From Pseudomonadota bacterium (GTDB lineage: Bacteria > Bdellovibrionota_C > UBA2361 > SZUA-149), in the NCBI GenBank assembly GCA_029555385.1, contig JAKPSH010000288.1, positions 26,718 through 90,717 of the forward strand: 64,000 bases of DNA, written 5' to 3'. Positions 18,811-27,183 of this stretch are shown here, piece after piece. The first letter of the stretch is position 1, and each line of letters starts with the position of its first letter. The notes beneath the pieces are model-generated. The model ran no database searches and was not told the origin of the DNA. It worked only from the letters and a program-made list of their open reading frames with translations. A program made the position numbers and the translations under genes.

Positions 18811-19137
18811 ATGGTAAGAAAGATAGGTGACAAGCCGGGAGCTGCGGGCACTTCTTCCATTCAGTCGACGCGCAGCATAGAAAGCACCAAGATCGGCGAA
18901 GTCGAGCAGGTCAAAGCTGCTGATAGCCGAAGCGGTGTGGGCGCGGTGCGGCGGTCGACCCGTCAACTAACACCCGAACAACAGCAAGAACTGTTGGCGA
19001 TGATCAACGAAGAAGCTGATCGCATGTTCGACGAAGGGACGCTGCCTAGGTCCAAAAAAGACACCGTAAAAGGCGCCGTGCGCATGGCCATCGAAGCCAG
19101 CATGGTCGAGGAAGAAGAAACGAAAAAGAAAAAATAG
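18811..19137 (+). CDS. Small charged hypothetical protein (108 aa) downstream of the sigma factor gene
   Basis: Strong RBS GGAGGAAG 5 nt upstream of ATG; Ser/Thr-rich N-terminus, acidic helix 'LTPEQQQELLAMINEEADRMFDE', K/E tail. Confidence 0.55.
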   Translation: MVRKIGDKPGAAGTSSIQSTRSIESTKIGEVEQVKAADSRSGVGAVRRSTRQLTPEQQQELLAMINEEADRMFDEGTLPRSKKDTVKGAVRMAIEASMVEEEETKKKK

Positions 19138-19430
19138 CAGCTTGCGGGGCGTTAAAAAGATGTTCTTAGCACTCTGGTCCATTTGAAGTAAGCGAATAAA
19201 TAATATTGTGTATTCGCAACGGATCTCCCCGTTTCTTAAGATTTATCTCGAGCTTCCTCACTGCCGACGAAGCGGTGCACACCTTAAGATAAAGGCGAAT
19301 GTCTTTGACTTTAAGGAAGCTTACTCCAGCTTTAAGCAGTCACGCAGTGCCGTAGCGCGAAGCGCCATAGCACCTTCAGCTCGAACACGCGTGCACAAAG
19401 GCACGGTCACTGTTCCATGGTCACCTGCCT

Positions 19431-19465
19431 GAAGAAGAGCGGACTGAAAAATGCCCGCTCTTCTT
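19431..19465. terminator. Rho-independent-type hairpin (11-bp stem GAAGAAGAGCGG/CCGCTCTTCTT, 12-nt loop) followed by TTTATTC on the + strand
   Basis: Read directly; lies between the + strand small gene and the stop of the minus-strand HEAT gene, so it may act bidirectionally. Confidence 0.5.
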
Positions 19466-19488
19466 TATTCACCGTCAAAGTCGTCACT

Positions 19489-20595
19489 TTACGCTGCGGC
19501 TCTTAATAACCCCCCAGTCCTCGTCGTCCGTTCAACCAGCGCATAACTCGAGCGTATGACTTCGCGGATTGGTGTGCTGCTGCGCTGCGAGAGCGCGTTA
19601 TAGGCCACGTATGCCAAGACCGCTTCCTGCAGGTGCTCTTCAAGAGAAAGAGAAAGCGTATCATGAAGCCACTTCAGAGCCGACAACGCGGGATTACTCT
19701 CCTCCGGCGCAAACTGCAGGCCGCACAGCGCAAGGAGCAGGATCGCCTGTTCCCGAACGACTGTCCCGGTTTCACGCCGAAACCAAGCTTCGTTCAGCAG
19801 CTCCGCAGCCGCACGTATATCCTGCTGGGTTTCCATGCCCAGATGAAGCAGCCACGGCAGAGCAAAACGCGCCCCTGCTTTGCTGCCAAGAAGCGGGATC
19901 AGCTTACCGGCGTCAGTCGAATCGTCCGGAAACACCGCTCGCATTGCCTGATTAAGCCCCGGGCTCTGACCATGGGAATCTGCCTCGACCACGGATACAC
20001 TTAGCTCGTTCGCGAAACGCGGATTCATCATGCTAACTACGATTCCTGCGCGATTGCGGACCACCTCAACGGAGTGCTTACGTTCTCCCTGCCAATTCGC
20101 TTGCAACAGAATCTGGTCAGGCTGCTCTAACGCCATCTTTAATGCCTCCACGGCAGAGCCGCCAATCGCACAAAGCAAGCGCAAAGCAGGCCAAAACCAG
20201 GTTTCGTGAGGTGAGCTGTCAGTAAGCCAGGTCACAACCGTCCTCGCAGCATCGCCTGCCCCTTGACGGAAGTCATCTGTCGCAAGAAGCTCCGCAGCCA
20301 CGAGCCGCAACTCAGGCACGCAGGGGTGTCGCAGCGCACGCAAAATCAGCGCAATGTCCTCGGCTCCAACCACTTCGGAAGCCGCCTGGCCATGAAGTTG
20401 CACTATCGCTTGCCTAAGCCAGGAGATTGCTTCGTCTGTCGCCCCCCCGGCAATCACGTCAAGCCTTGCACGCGCTTCATCCAGACTACCGGCTTTCGCC
20501 AATCGGCCAAGTTCCTCCATCCCGGCCATGGCGATAAAACTGGCGTCATGACCAATCTGCTGAAAGGCTTTTCTTAGAGAACTCCCTTTGCACAT
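19489..20595 (-). CDS. HEAT/PBS-lyase-like repeat protein
   Basis: Repeated about 30-aa alpha-helical units with 'AA..LG.IG...A...L...L.D' periodicity (e.g. 'ALILRALRHPCVPELRLVAAELLATDD'). Confidence 0.5.
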   Translation of the reverse strand: MCKGSSLRKAFQQIGHDASFIAMAGMEELGRLAKAGSLDEARARLDVIAGGATDEAISWLRQAIVQLHGQAASEVVGAEDIALILRALRHPCVPELRLVAAELLATDDFRQGAGDAARTVVTWLTDSSPHETWFWPALRLLCAIGGSAVEALKMALEQPDQILLQANWQGERKHSVEVVRNRAGIVVSMMNPRFANELSVSVVEADSHGQSPGLNQAMRAVFPDDSTDAGKLIPLLGSKAGARFALPWLLHLGMETQQDIRAAAELLNEAWFRRETGTVVREQAILLLALCGLQFAPEESNPALSALKWLHDTLSLSLEEHLQEAVLAYVAYNALSQRSSTPIREVIRSSYALVERTTRTGGLLRAAA

Positions 20596-21256
20596 GATTC
20601 CTGCTCCTTCTTTAGCAATACTGTGATATTGGAAACAATGGCGACGGCCCTAAAAAGTGCGCGTCGTCCCCTTTATCACCAGCAGATAGTCACTGAGGAT
20701 GAAGGGAATGACGCGTTATTAGAGCAGAGAGAGGATAAGTAAAACCTTTCATGGAACAGCGTCCGCCTGTTCAAGATGATTGCTGGAGCAGACGCACGCG
20801 AAACTACCCAGATTTGCAGAGTATTGGTTCCAGGAAAAGAACGTTAAGATGCTTATACACAGCAATCCATGCTTCCGGCAAGACCAGCTCCCGGCCAATT
20901 ATTATCTGAGCTTCTCTAACCCCCGCGAGATTGCCTCCTATTTAATCGATTAAGTTTAGCGTTATTAAACGTGCGCAATAGCCCTGAGGGTTGGGCGCAG
21001 CGGGAATTCGCCCTGAGAGTCGTTGAATGGCACATATTTTCGGCATCACCTGGGTGAAAACTTAAGTCGCGCATTGGCAGTGCAGAGAATGACGCTGCCG
21101 TGCGCTGAGGGCGCGCAGCAGCAGGTCTTTCAGAACAGATCAAAAACCCGGCACAACCCTTTGCCAACCGTAGCGCGTCGCCCGCATTGATTCGTCGCCA
21201 TTGGTCTGGACTACTGGGCGGGCGACAGCGAAGGGAGGCAAAGGGTTGTGCCGGGT

Positions 21257-21282
21257 AAAAAAGGTCACGCCTTCAGCACCCG
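21257..21282. repeat. Copy A of 26-nt motif AAAAAGG(TCAC)GCCTTCAGCACCCGG, inside a hairpin context (CCGGGT...ACCCGG) and next to a 19-bp inverted repeat (21147-21170 / 21240-21258)
   Basis: Near-identical copy at 61062-61087; both are intergenic. Confidence 0.4.
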
Positions 21283-21347
21283 GAAGCATCGCTCTGGGCG
21301 AAGCCAATGGACTCTGCCGAGGCAAAAACTATTCGCTTATTTTCGGC

Positions 21348-21743
21348 CTAGCGCGCGCGGCGCATGAAGGCGGTCAACAGCTTTTGCACATCATGATCAA
21401 CAACGGCGCCGCTGTTAATGGCACGGGCGACTTCACCAAGCACGGACTGCGCCCGCTGGGCTTCGCCGCTGCCAAAGAACGCCGCACAAAGCGCAAGCTT
21501 GACCTGAATCTCCCAGTCAGCCAACTGCAAAGCAAGGCGAAGCTGCGTGATCGCGTCTTGATATAAACCACGTTCGATTTTGACCAAGGCTAAGCCGATG
21601 CGCGCCGCTGTCTGCCCGTTGTCCACCGCGGCGAGCCCCCCGAAAACACGCTCAGCCGGCGTCAGATAGCCCATTTCGTAGTACATCCGGCCCAGCTCAT
21701 AAATCGCGGTTAACTCTTCTTTTGCGTAATCAGCCATCGCCAC
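21348..21743 (-). CDS. Small TPR-repeat protein (131 aa)
   Basis: Three TPR-like helical pairs ('YELGRMYYEMGYLTPAERVF', 'AARIGLALVKIERGLYQDAITQLRLAL', 'VKLALCAAFFGSGEAQRAQSVL'); size and architecture resemble TPR-type secretion chaperones. Confidence 0.55.
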   Translation of the reverse strand: MAMADYAKEELTAIYELGRMYYEMGYLTPAERVFGGLAAVDNGQTAARIGLALVKIERGLYQDAITQLRLALQLADWEIQVKLALCAAFFGSGEAQRAQSVLGEVARAINSGAVVDHDVQKLLTAFMRRAR

Positions 21744-21755
21744 CGCATCACTGTG

Positions 21756-22052
21756 TCATTGATTATTCCTTGTGCCGATGGACAGCCATTGCACCACTTG
21801 ATTCAACATCGCCTGTTCGCTTGCGAGCTGGGTATTCTGCTCCGGATCGCTCTCTGTCGCCGCAACCAGTTCCTCATATTTGCGCTCGATTCCAGATGCC
21901 AGTTTCGGCAAGTCAGTCAACTCGCCGAGTTTAGGCAGAAGCACGGCAAGGGGCACAACGGAAAGGCGTTCTTTGCTCCTGAGCGGATCTGGCGCGGTGT
22001 CATCACCATCTTGATCAAGGCCGTCCGGCCTGCCTTTCCTATTCCACCACAT
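21756..22052 (-). CDS. Hypothetical acidic protein (98 aa) immediately downstream of truncated flhB
   Basis: ORF only; no FlhB C-domain motifs (no NPTH). Confidence 0.35.
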   Translation of the reverse strand: MWWNRKGRPDGLDQDGDDTAPDPLRSKERLSVVPLAVLLPKLGELTDLPKLASGIERKYEELVAATESDPEQNTQLASEQAMLNQVVQWLSIGTRNNQ

Positions 22053-22061
22053 GACCCATCC

Positions 22062-22940
22062 CTATCTTAGTTTCGATTTCGCCCCCGGCGGCGCTTCTCC
22101 GCGCTCCCGGTGCGCGCTTTTCATTTCCGGGGCTTGGTCGGTCTCCCGGTATTCGGCCTCCAGCTCGGCCCGGCTCATCCGGTGTTCCTGCCGGAAGGCA
22201 AGCCATACCGCAACATAACCGCACACACCGGCAAAGAGGGAGAAAAACAGCGCAGTCTGCCAAACTGACATGAATAAACCTTTCGCCCAATCAAGTCTCG
22301 CACTTAGACTTAAGGCTGTCAAAAACTCTGTATTATCGGACAGCGCCGTGGAGACGACACCATTTCCCGGAGCGTTTCCGCCATCCAGCATCACGGAGCG
22401 TCCCACACCGGCTGCCGGCATTTTCGCAGGAAGAACGGTATACAGCAAAACGCAAGACGCTGCGGCCCAGACAGCGACAACCACGGCACCCGCACCGGCA
22501 GCGAGCAGGCGTTTTCTTGCACCATCCCAGATCCAGCCGCCGGATTTGAAGAAACGCGCCATACCCGGCTGAAAAAGCGCAAAGGAAAACAAGAATTTCG
22601 TCTGTAATGCACCAAGCAACAGCACTATCGCAAAAAACGGCACGACAAACGATAAAACTGTTTTGGCCAAAGCCCGGCTAATTTGCGCAGCACTCAGCGC
22701 TAAAGCCTTTGAGGCTGGTTCGTTTCGCAACCATTCGCTGCCGGATGAAGCGCTCCAAGCATCCCGGGCTAAAGCGGCAATGCTGGCTGCCGCCACAGGC
22801 AAACTGACTATGGCTCCCACAAGCGCGCCCAGCACCACGGCAAAACACATCACCGCTTTGCTGTACGGAACAGTCCCCGAACTGCGCAGCCGCTCTAATT
22901 TAAGCGCCGTAGGCGGAAACCTTTTCATTTCCTCAGCCAT
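22062..22940 (-). CDS. flhB: FlhB/SctU-family export-gate protein, membrane domain only (C-terminal cytoplasmic NPTH domain absent)
   Basis: N-term 'MAEEMKRFPPTALKLERLRSSGTVPYSKAV' matches the FlhB 'EKTE.PT.KKL...R..G.V..SKE' start; 4 TM segments; ends at '...EMKSAHRERGEAPPGAKSKLR*' where the FlhB linker begins; no NPTH in any frame downstream. Confidence 0.65.
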   Translation of the reverse strand: MAEEMKRFPPTALKLERLRSSGTVPYSKAVMCFAVVLGALVGAIVSLPVAAASIAALARDAWSASSGSEWLRNEPASKALALSAAQISRALAKTVLSFVVPFFAIVLLLGALQTKFLFSFALFQPGMARFFKSGGWIWDGARKRLLAAGAGAVVVAVWAAASCVLLYTVLPAKMPAAGVGRSVMLDGGNAPGNGVVSTALSDNTEFLTALSLSARLDWAKGLFMSVWQTALFFSLFAGVCGYVAVWLAFRQEHRMSRAELEAEYRETDQAPEMKSAHRERGEAPPGAKSKLR

Positions 22941-22962
22941 AATCAATTCCCAAGCGAGATAA

Positions 22963-23856
22963 TCATTGCGGCTCCTCGCCCGTGGACGGATGCACATCCG
23001 CAGGCTTCGGCGCCGGAGCCGTCTGAACTTTCATTTGCGCAAGCACGCTGCCCGCGCGTTTCGGCATCAAGGACTCCGAAATGAGCTGTGACAAATCGCC
23101 AGCAATTGAATAAAGACAGAGAGCCAAAACAATCAGCACACACACTGAGCGCACCGCCGCCGCGATATCTGCCTGAAATGCCTGCGCCAAATATCTCTTC
23201 CATGGCAGGTGCACAAAATCAATAATCAGGGCCGCGGCAAACATGGGCAGCGCAAAAACGAAAGCAACGGCCAGAGCCGCTTTGGCGCCGTGCGCGATCA
23301 GCTCCGCCACCTGCGGCGTCACGGCAAATTGCACATAACCCGCCATGCTTTCCAGATACGGAAAAGCAAATAAAGATCGTCCAAAAAATGCCCATAAGAA
23401 AGGAAAATCCGGACTGGCGCAAAGCAGAGCCGCAACGAGCAAAAGCACAACCGTCTCCACCGGCGGCGCGCTTTGTTCCGGAAGTGCCCGGTTCGAGTGT
23501 TTTGCAAAGGTCACTGCGCTGAGCCAGCGGGCAAAAGTCTGGGCAGCATAGCCGGCAAAACCCGCGGCAACCGCGAGAACTAAACCAATTCCGGCCTCAA
23601 CAATCAGCACGCCAGCCCGCGGCATTACTGGCGCCGTTGCGGAGACACGTCCCGCCTCAATCGCCAGTAAAACATCGAACAGCGATAAATCCCGCAAAGC
23701 AGGCACATAGGGGATAAAGAAAACGGTAAAACCAACAGCCAGAACAAAACGCACACTGAGCGGCACTACCCGCCACGGAAGGATACTTAAAGCGCAGAAA
23801 AACACGGAGATGCGCACAGTTAAAGCGACCAGGCAGAGCACGGCAAACGAAGTCAC
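22963..23856 (-). CDS. fliR: Flagellar/T3SS export-gate protein FliR/SctT
   Basis: Six or more TM helices, position between fliQ and flhB, about 297 aa with extended C-tail. Confidence 0.7.
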   Translation of the reverse strand: MTSFAVLCLVALTVRISVFFCALSILPWRVVPLSVRFVLAVGFTVFFIPYVPALRDLSLFDVLLAIEAGRVSATAPVMPRAGVLIVEAGIGLVLAVAAGFAGYAAQTFARWLSAVTFAKHSNRALPEQSAPPVETVVLLLVAALLCASPDFPFLWAFFGRSLFAFPYLESMAGYVQFAVTPQVAELIAHGAKAALAVAFVFALPMFAAALIIDFVHLPWKRYLAQAFQADIAAAVRSVCVLIVLALCLYSIAGDLSQLISESLMPKRAGSVLAQMKVQTAPAPKPADVHPSTGEEPQ

Positions 23857-23877
23857 AAAACAGCTTCCCTCTCTCCC

Positions 23878-24132
23878 TTATTGATAGAGCGAAAGATTGC
23901 CCCACGCACTTGCTGTAAAAGCGAACAACTCTGAGAAAAAACGCCCGAGTGCAAAATACCCCACGAGAAACAGCCCGGCCAGTTTTCCCGTAAAACTAAT
24001 GACCTGGTCGTCGATTTGCGCAGTTACACGCAGCACCGCCGCAACAAGCGCACCGCAAATTACCGCTAAAAGCACCGGAACACTAAGGTGCACTGTGAAG
24101 AGCAGCGCGTTGATTATTTGCGTTGTATCCAT
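23878..24132 (-). CDS. fliQ: Flagellar/T3SS export-gate protein FliQ/SctS
   Basis: 84-aa two-helix hairpin membrane protein 'MDTTQIINALLFTVHLSVPVLLAVICGALVAAVLRVTAQIDDQ' typical of FliQ. Confidence 0.75.
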   Translation of the reverse strand: MDTTQIINALLFTVHLSVPVLLAVICGALVAAVLRVTAQIDDQVISFTGKLAGLFLVGYFALGRFFSELFAFTASAWGNLSLYQ

Positions 24133-24138
24133 CGCCGC

Positions 24139-24846
24139 CTAAAAGTAAGTCGAAACCAGATTGCCTGTGATTAATGTCCAGCCGTCAAGCACGACAAACA
24201 AAAGCAGTTTAAACGGAAACGCCACCATCGCCGGATTCATCCGCTCGAGACCTACCGCAGTAAGCGCCGTCGCCATGAATAAGTCGAGCACGAGGAACGG
24301 CAGGAAAAGAGTCAGCCCCGCAGCAAACGCCTCTTTCAGCTCAGAAACAATGAAGGCGGGACCGAGCACTCGCCACGAGCTGGTCAGCGGCTCAGCCTGA
24401 ACATCTCCCCGCGGCTGCTGAGCCGGCGCGGCTCCCGCGTTTGCCGCGTCAAAACGCCCCGCCAAATCAGCAAACCGCTCGACTGTTTCTTTGTGCGCTT
24501 GCGCGCGCAAAAACGTCTTCCACTTTTCGAGTCCGGCATCAAAGGCTTCCGCGCGGACTTTGTCGGTAACCGGAGTGCCGGCCGCCTTAAGCACGTCATC
24601 AATAGCCCCGGACGAAGCAGCCAGCGTGGGATACATCACAAAGAATGAAAGAGCCAGTGCCAGAGAACCGACCACAAAGGAAGAGGCAAGGCTGCACAAG
24701 CCCAAGCCAAGCCGCAGGATGCTCAGCACTGTGACAATTTTCACATAAGCACTAAAGGCCAAAGCAAGCAGCACCACAAGAAAGATGGTGAAGCCGGACA
24801 GACCTAAGCCTGCAAATACTGATGTTGAGTCCACGCTGCGCCGCAA
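24139..24846 (-). CDS. fliP: Flagellar/T3SS export-gate protein FliP/SctR
   Basis: 'LFLPFLVLDLFMATALTAVGLERMNPAMVAFPFKLLLFVVLDGWTLITGNLVSTY' matches the FliP signature 'IPFLIIDLVIASVLMALGMMMVPP...LPFKLMLFVLVDGWQLLVGSL'. Confidence 0.85.
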   Translation of the reverse strand: MRRSVDSTSVFAGLGLSGFTIFLVVLLALAFSAYVKIVTVLSILRLGLGLCSLASSFVVGSLALALSFFVMYPTLAASSGAIDDVLKAAGTPVTDKVRAEAFDAGLEKWKTFLRAQAHKETVERFADLAGRFDAANAGAAPAQQPRGDVQAEPLTSSWRVLGPAFIVSELKEAFAAGLTLFLPFLVLDLFMATALTAVGLERMNPAMVAFPFKLLLFVVLDGWTLITGNLVSTYF

Positions 24847-24983
24847 TATCCGTTCAAGATTCCCAGAGGGGCCTGTCGCAAAATGCAGCCCCTGCTGACA
24901 GCTTAAAGCCTTAGTCTGTGTTGGACAAGGTAAAGAATCTCCGGCATCAATATAGCAGCAAAATTATCCGGTAAAATGAGCGA

Positions 24984-26780
24984 TTAAACGGTCAGCTCTT
25001 CCAGCTCGTCAACAAGAGAGCCAAACAAAGTGACCGCAGCTTCGATGGGAGCCGGTTCGGTGATTCGCACGCCGGCATCAGCTAGCAGCTCGGCGGGATA
25101 TTTGCTTGCTCCGGCCTTAAGAAAATCCAGATAACGCCTGCGCGGCTCGGTGTCACCGCTCATCACTTGCGCCGCCAGACTAATTGCCGCAGCAAGGCCG
25201 GTCGCATATTTGTAAACGTAGAACGCAGAGTAGAAGTGCGGAATGCGCAGGCATTCCAAGTCGTCCCATTCGCCCAGCTCCACAGCGGGGCCGAAATACT
25301 TATATAAAAGTTCCCGGTACACCTCACGGAACACAGCAACCGTGAGCGGTTTATTATTCTCAGCCAGGTCATGAATAATTTTCTCAAATTCAGCAAACAT
25401 CACCTGGCGGTAAAAAGTCGCCTTGATATCATCAAGCTGTTCGTTAACGAGAAACGCCAGCATCTTACGATCGCCGGCATACTTCTCCTTCAGCCTGCGC
25501 ATCAATAGCTGCTCATTAAAAGTCGAAGCCACTTCCGCTACAAATATCGAATAACGGTAGTCTTGAAATTTCTGGCTGCGCTGCGAATACCAGCTATGCA
25601 TTGAGTGTCCCGCTTCATGGAGCAGGGTAAATACTGAACCAATGTCATCCTCTTTATAGTTGAGCAAGATATAGGGATAACTGTCGAAACAACCCGAGGA
25701 GTATGCACCGCTGCGTTTTCCCTTATTCTCGTAGCGATCGACCCATCGTTGATGCGTCAGCCCCTGGACAAGCACGTCCACATATTCGGGGCCTAGCGGC
25801 TGAAGCGCCTCTGCGGCCAGCAACACGGCTTCTTCGTAGGTGTGCCTGATCGACACTTCAGGAACAAGAGGCACGTAAGTGTCGTAAATCCGCAACTTGT
25901 TCAGTCCGAGGCGTTTACGGCGCAGTTCATAATAACGATGCAGCGGCTCAAGGTTGCGTGAGACAGCCGCAAGCAGATTATCATAAACCGCGGGGGCGAT
26001 ATTGTCGGCGAATAACGCCTGGGTCAACGCCGAATCGTAGCGCCGGGTCTGCGCCAGAAAAACATCTTTCTTAACTGAACCAGCGAGCGCAGCGGCAATC
26101 GTGTTTCTGTGCTGATCATATACCCGGTAATATTCGTTAAAAGCCCGTTCGCGCACCGAACGGTCATGGTTCTTGAGAAACAGAACGAAGCTCGCATGAC
26201 TGAGCGATTTTTTTTCACCGTCCACTTCAATCTCGGGAAATGCAAGATCAGCGTTGCTGAGCTGCGAAAAGATACGTCCGCTTGCACCAAAAATTTCAGT
26301 GGCTGACGCAATAAGCCTCTCCTCTTCTGCAGAAAGAGTATGCGGCTTATAGCGCATAATATCGGCCAGCATCCTCCGTAACGCGCTCAGCTCCGGCGCA
26401 CGGAGATAACGCGCCAGCGTCTCTTCATCCAAGGACAGCAGCTCTGGCACAAGGAAGCTGGAAAGCGTGGCAAACCGTGTGTAAACATTGGTGGCTTTTT
26501 CCAGGCAAGCCTGATGCTCCGGGTCAGACGTATCCGAATCGCTGAGCAAGTGTGCATAAGTGTAAAGACGTTCAGCAACCCGGCTCAGCTCGAGACAGCA
26601 GCGAAACGCCTCGCCGGTTTTCTGCGCCGATTCCTTAAGTGTTGACCGAAAAGCAGATACCTCGTGAGCCGCGTTCTCGAAGTGAGCAAACTCTTCGGTC
26701 CATTCGGACGCACTGGCATAAAGGGAAGTCAGGTCCCATTGGTGGGCCTCGGGAACGGCTTTTCGTTCTGGAAGCGACAC
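24984..26780 (-). CDS. pepF: Oligoendopeptidase F (M3B family)
   Basis: Zinc motif 'TLLHEAGHSMHSWYS' (HEXXH), about 598 aa, M3B-like layout. Confidence 0.9.
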   Translation of the reverse strand: MSLPERKAVPEAHQWDLTSLYASASEWTEEFAHFENAAHEVSAFRSTLKESAQKTGEAFRCCLELSRVAERLYTYAHLLSDSDTSDPEHQACLEKATNVYTRFATLSSFLVPELLSLDEETLARYLRAPELSALRRMLADIMRYKPHTLSAEEERLIASATEIFGASGRIFSQLSNADLAFPEIEVDGEKKSLSHASFVLFLKNHDRSVRERAFNEYYRVYDQHRNTIAAALAGSVKKDVFLAQTRRYDSALTQALFADNIAPAVYDNLLAAVSRNLEPLHRYYELRRKRLGLNKLRIYDTYVPLVPEVSIRHTYEEAVLLAAEALQPLGPEYVDVLVQGLTHQRWVDRYENKGKRSGAYSSGCFDSYPYILLNYKEDDIGSVFTLLHEAGHSMHSWYSQRSQKFQDYRYSIFVAEVASTFNEQLLMRRLKEKYAGDRKMLAFLVNEQLDDIKATFYRQVMFAEFEKIIHDLAENNKPLTVAVFREVYRELLYKYFGPAVELGEWDDLECLRIPHFYSAFYVYKYATGLAAAISLAAQVMSGDTEPRRRYLDFLKAGASKYPAELLADAGVRITEPAPIEAAVTLFGSLVDELEELTV

Positions 26781-26799
26781 TTTCCGGCTAATTCCGCAA

Positions 26800-27170
26800 G
26801 AAACAATCGTTTTAAATGAGAAAAGTCACATAATAGCTAGACTTCAGTCATAACAGTAGTGAATTGTCAAAAACAAGTTGCTTAAATCTTAGTGAAGATT
26901 TAAGCACCCGGAAGCTTAAATAATTAAAATTCCGGCATTTTTAGAAATAGTATTTTAATAGGAAATATTCCGAACCCTTAAGGACACTCTTTGCATATTA
27001 ATATTAATAATATATGATGGCTTTTCACGGATATTTTCGAGAAAAGTCACCATAACTTAGTAACTAACTAAGGGCGACCACTCCGCGCGTTGTTTATTCG
27101 GTTTGTGGCTTGCGGTTGTGCAGAAGGTGGTTCTTCAGGAAGTCGTTGCCTGAAAAGTTGAAGCAGATTC
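26800..27170. promoter_or_regulatory. AT-rich roughly 370-bp island (divergent pepF / small-ORF-tal promoter region) with hairpin and direct repeats
   Basis: Contains an 11-bp-stem hairpin GCTTAAATCTT-AGTG-AAGATTTAAGC (26880-26905), direct repeats GAGAAAAGTCAC(C)ATAA at 26818 and 27039, and the run ATATTAATATTAATAATATAT; GC is far below the flanking genes. Confidence 0.5.
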
Positions 27171-27183
27171 AACGGAGCCAATA

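Noticed and set aside
18811-19137. Calling the 108-aa protein FlgM (anti-sigma-28)
   Set aside because: Size and position fit, but the conserved FlgM C-terminal helix pattern (I/VDxxKVxxLKxAIxxGxYxVD) is not present. It is kept as a possible but unproven regulator.
20916-21325. ORFs 20916..21167(-) and 21140..21325(-) in the HEAT/TPR intergenic region
   Set aside because: There is no RBS and the composition is unlike neighbouring genes. The region is better explained by the inverted repeat and repeated motif described in the findings.
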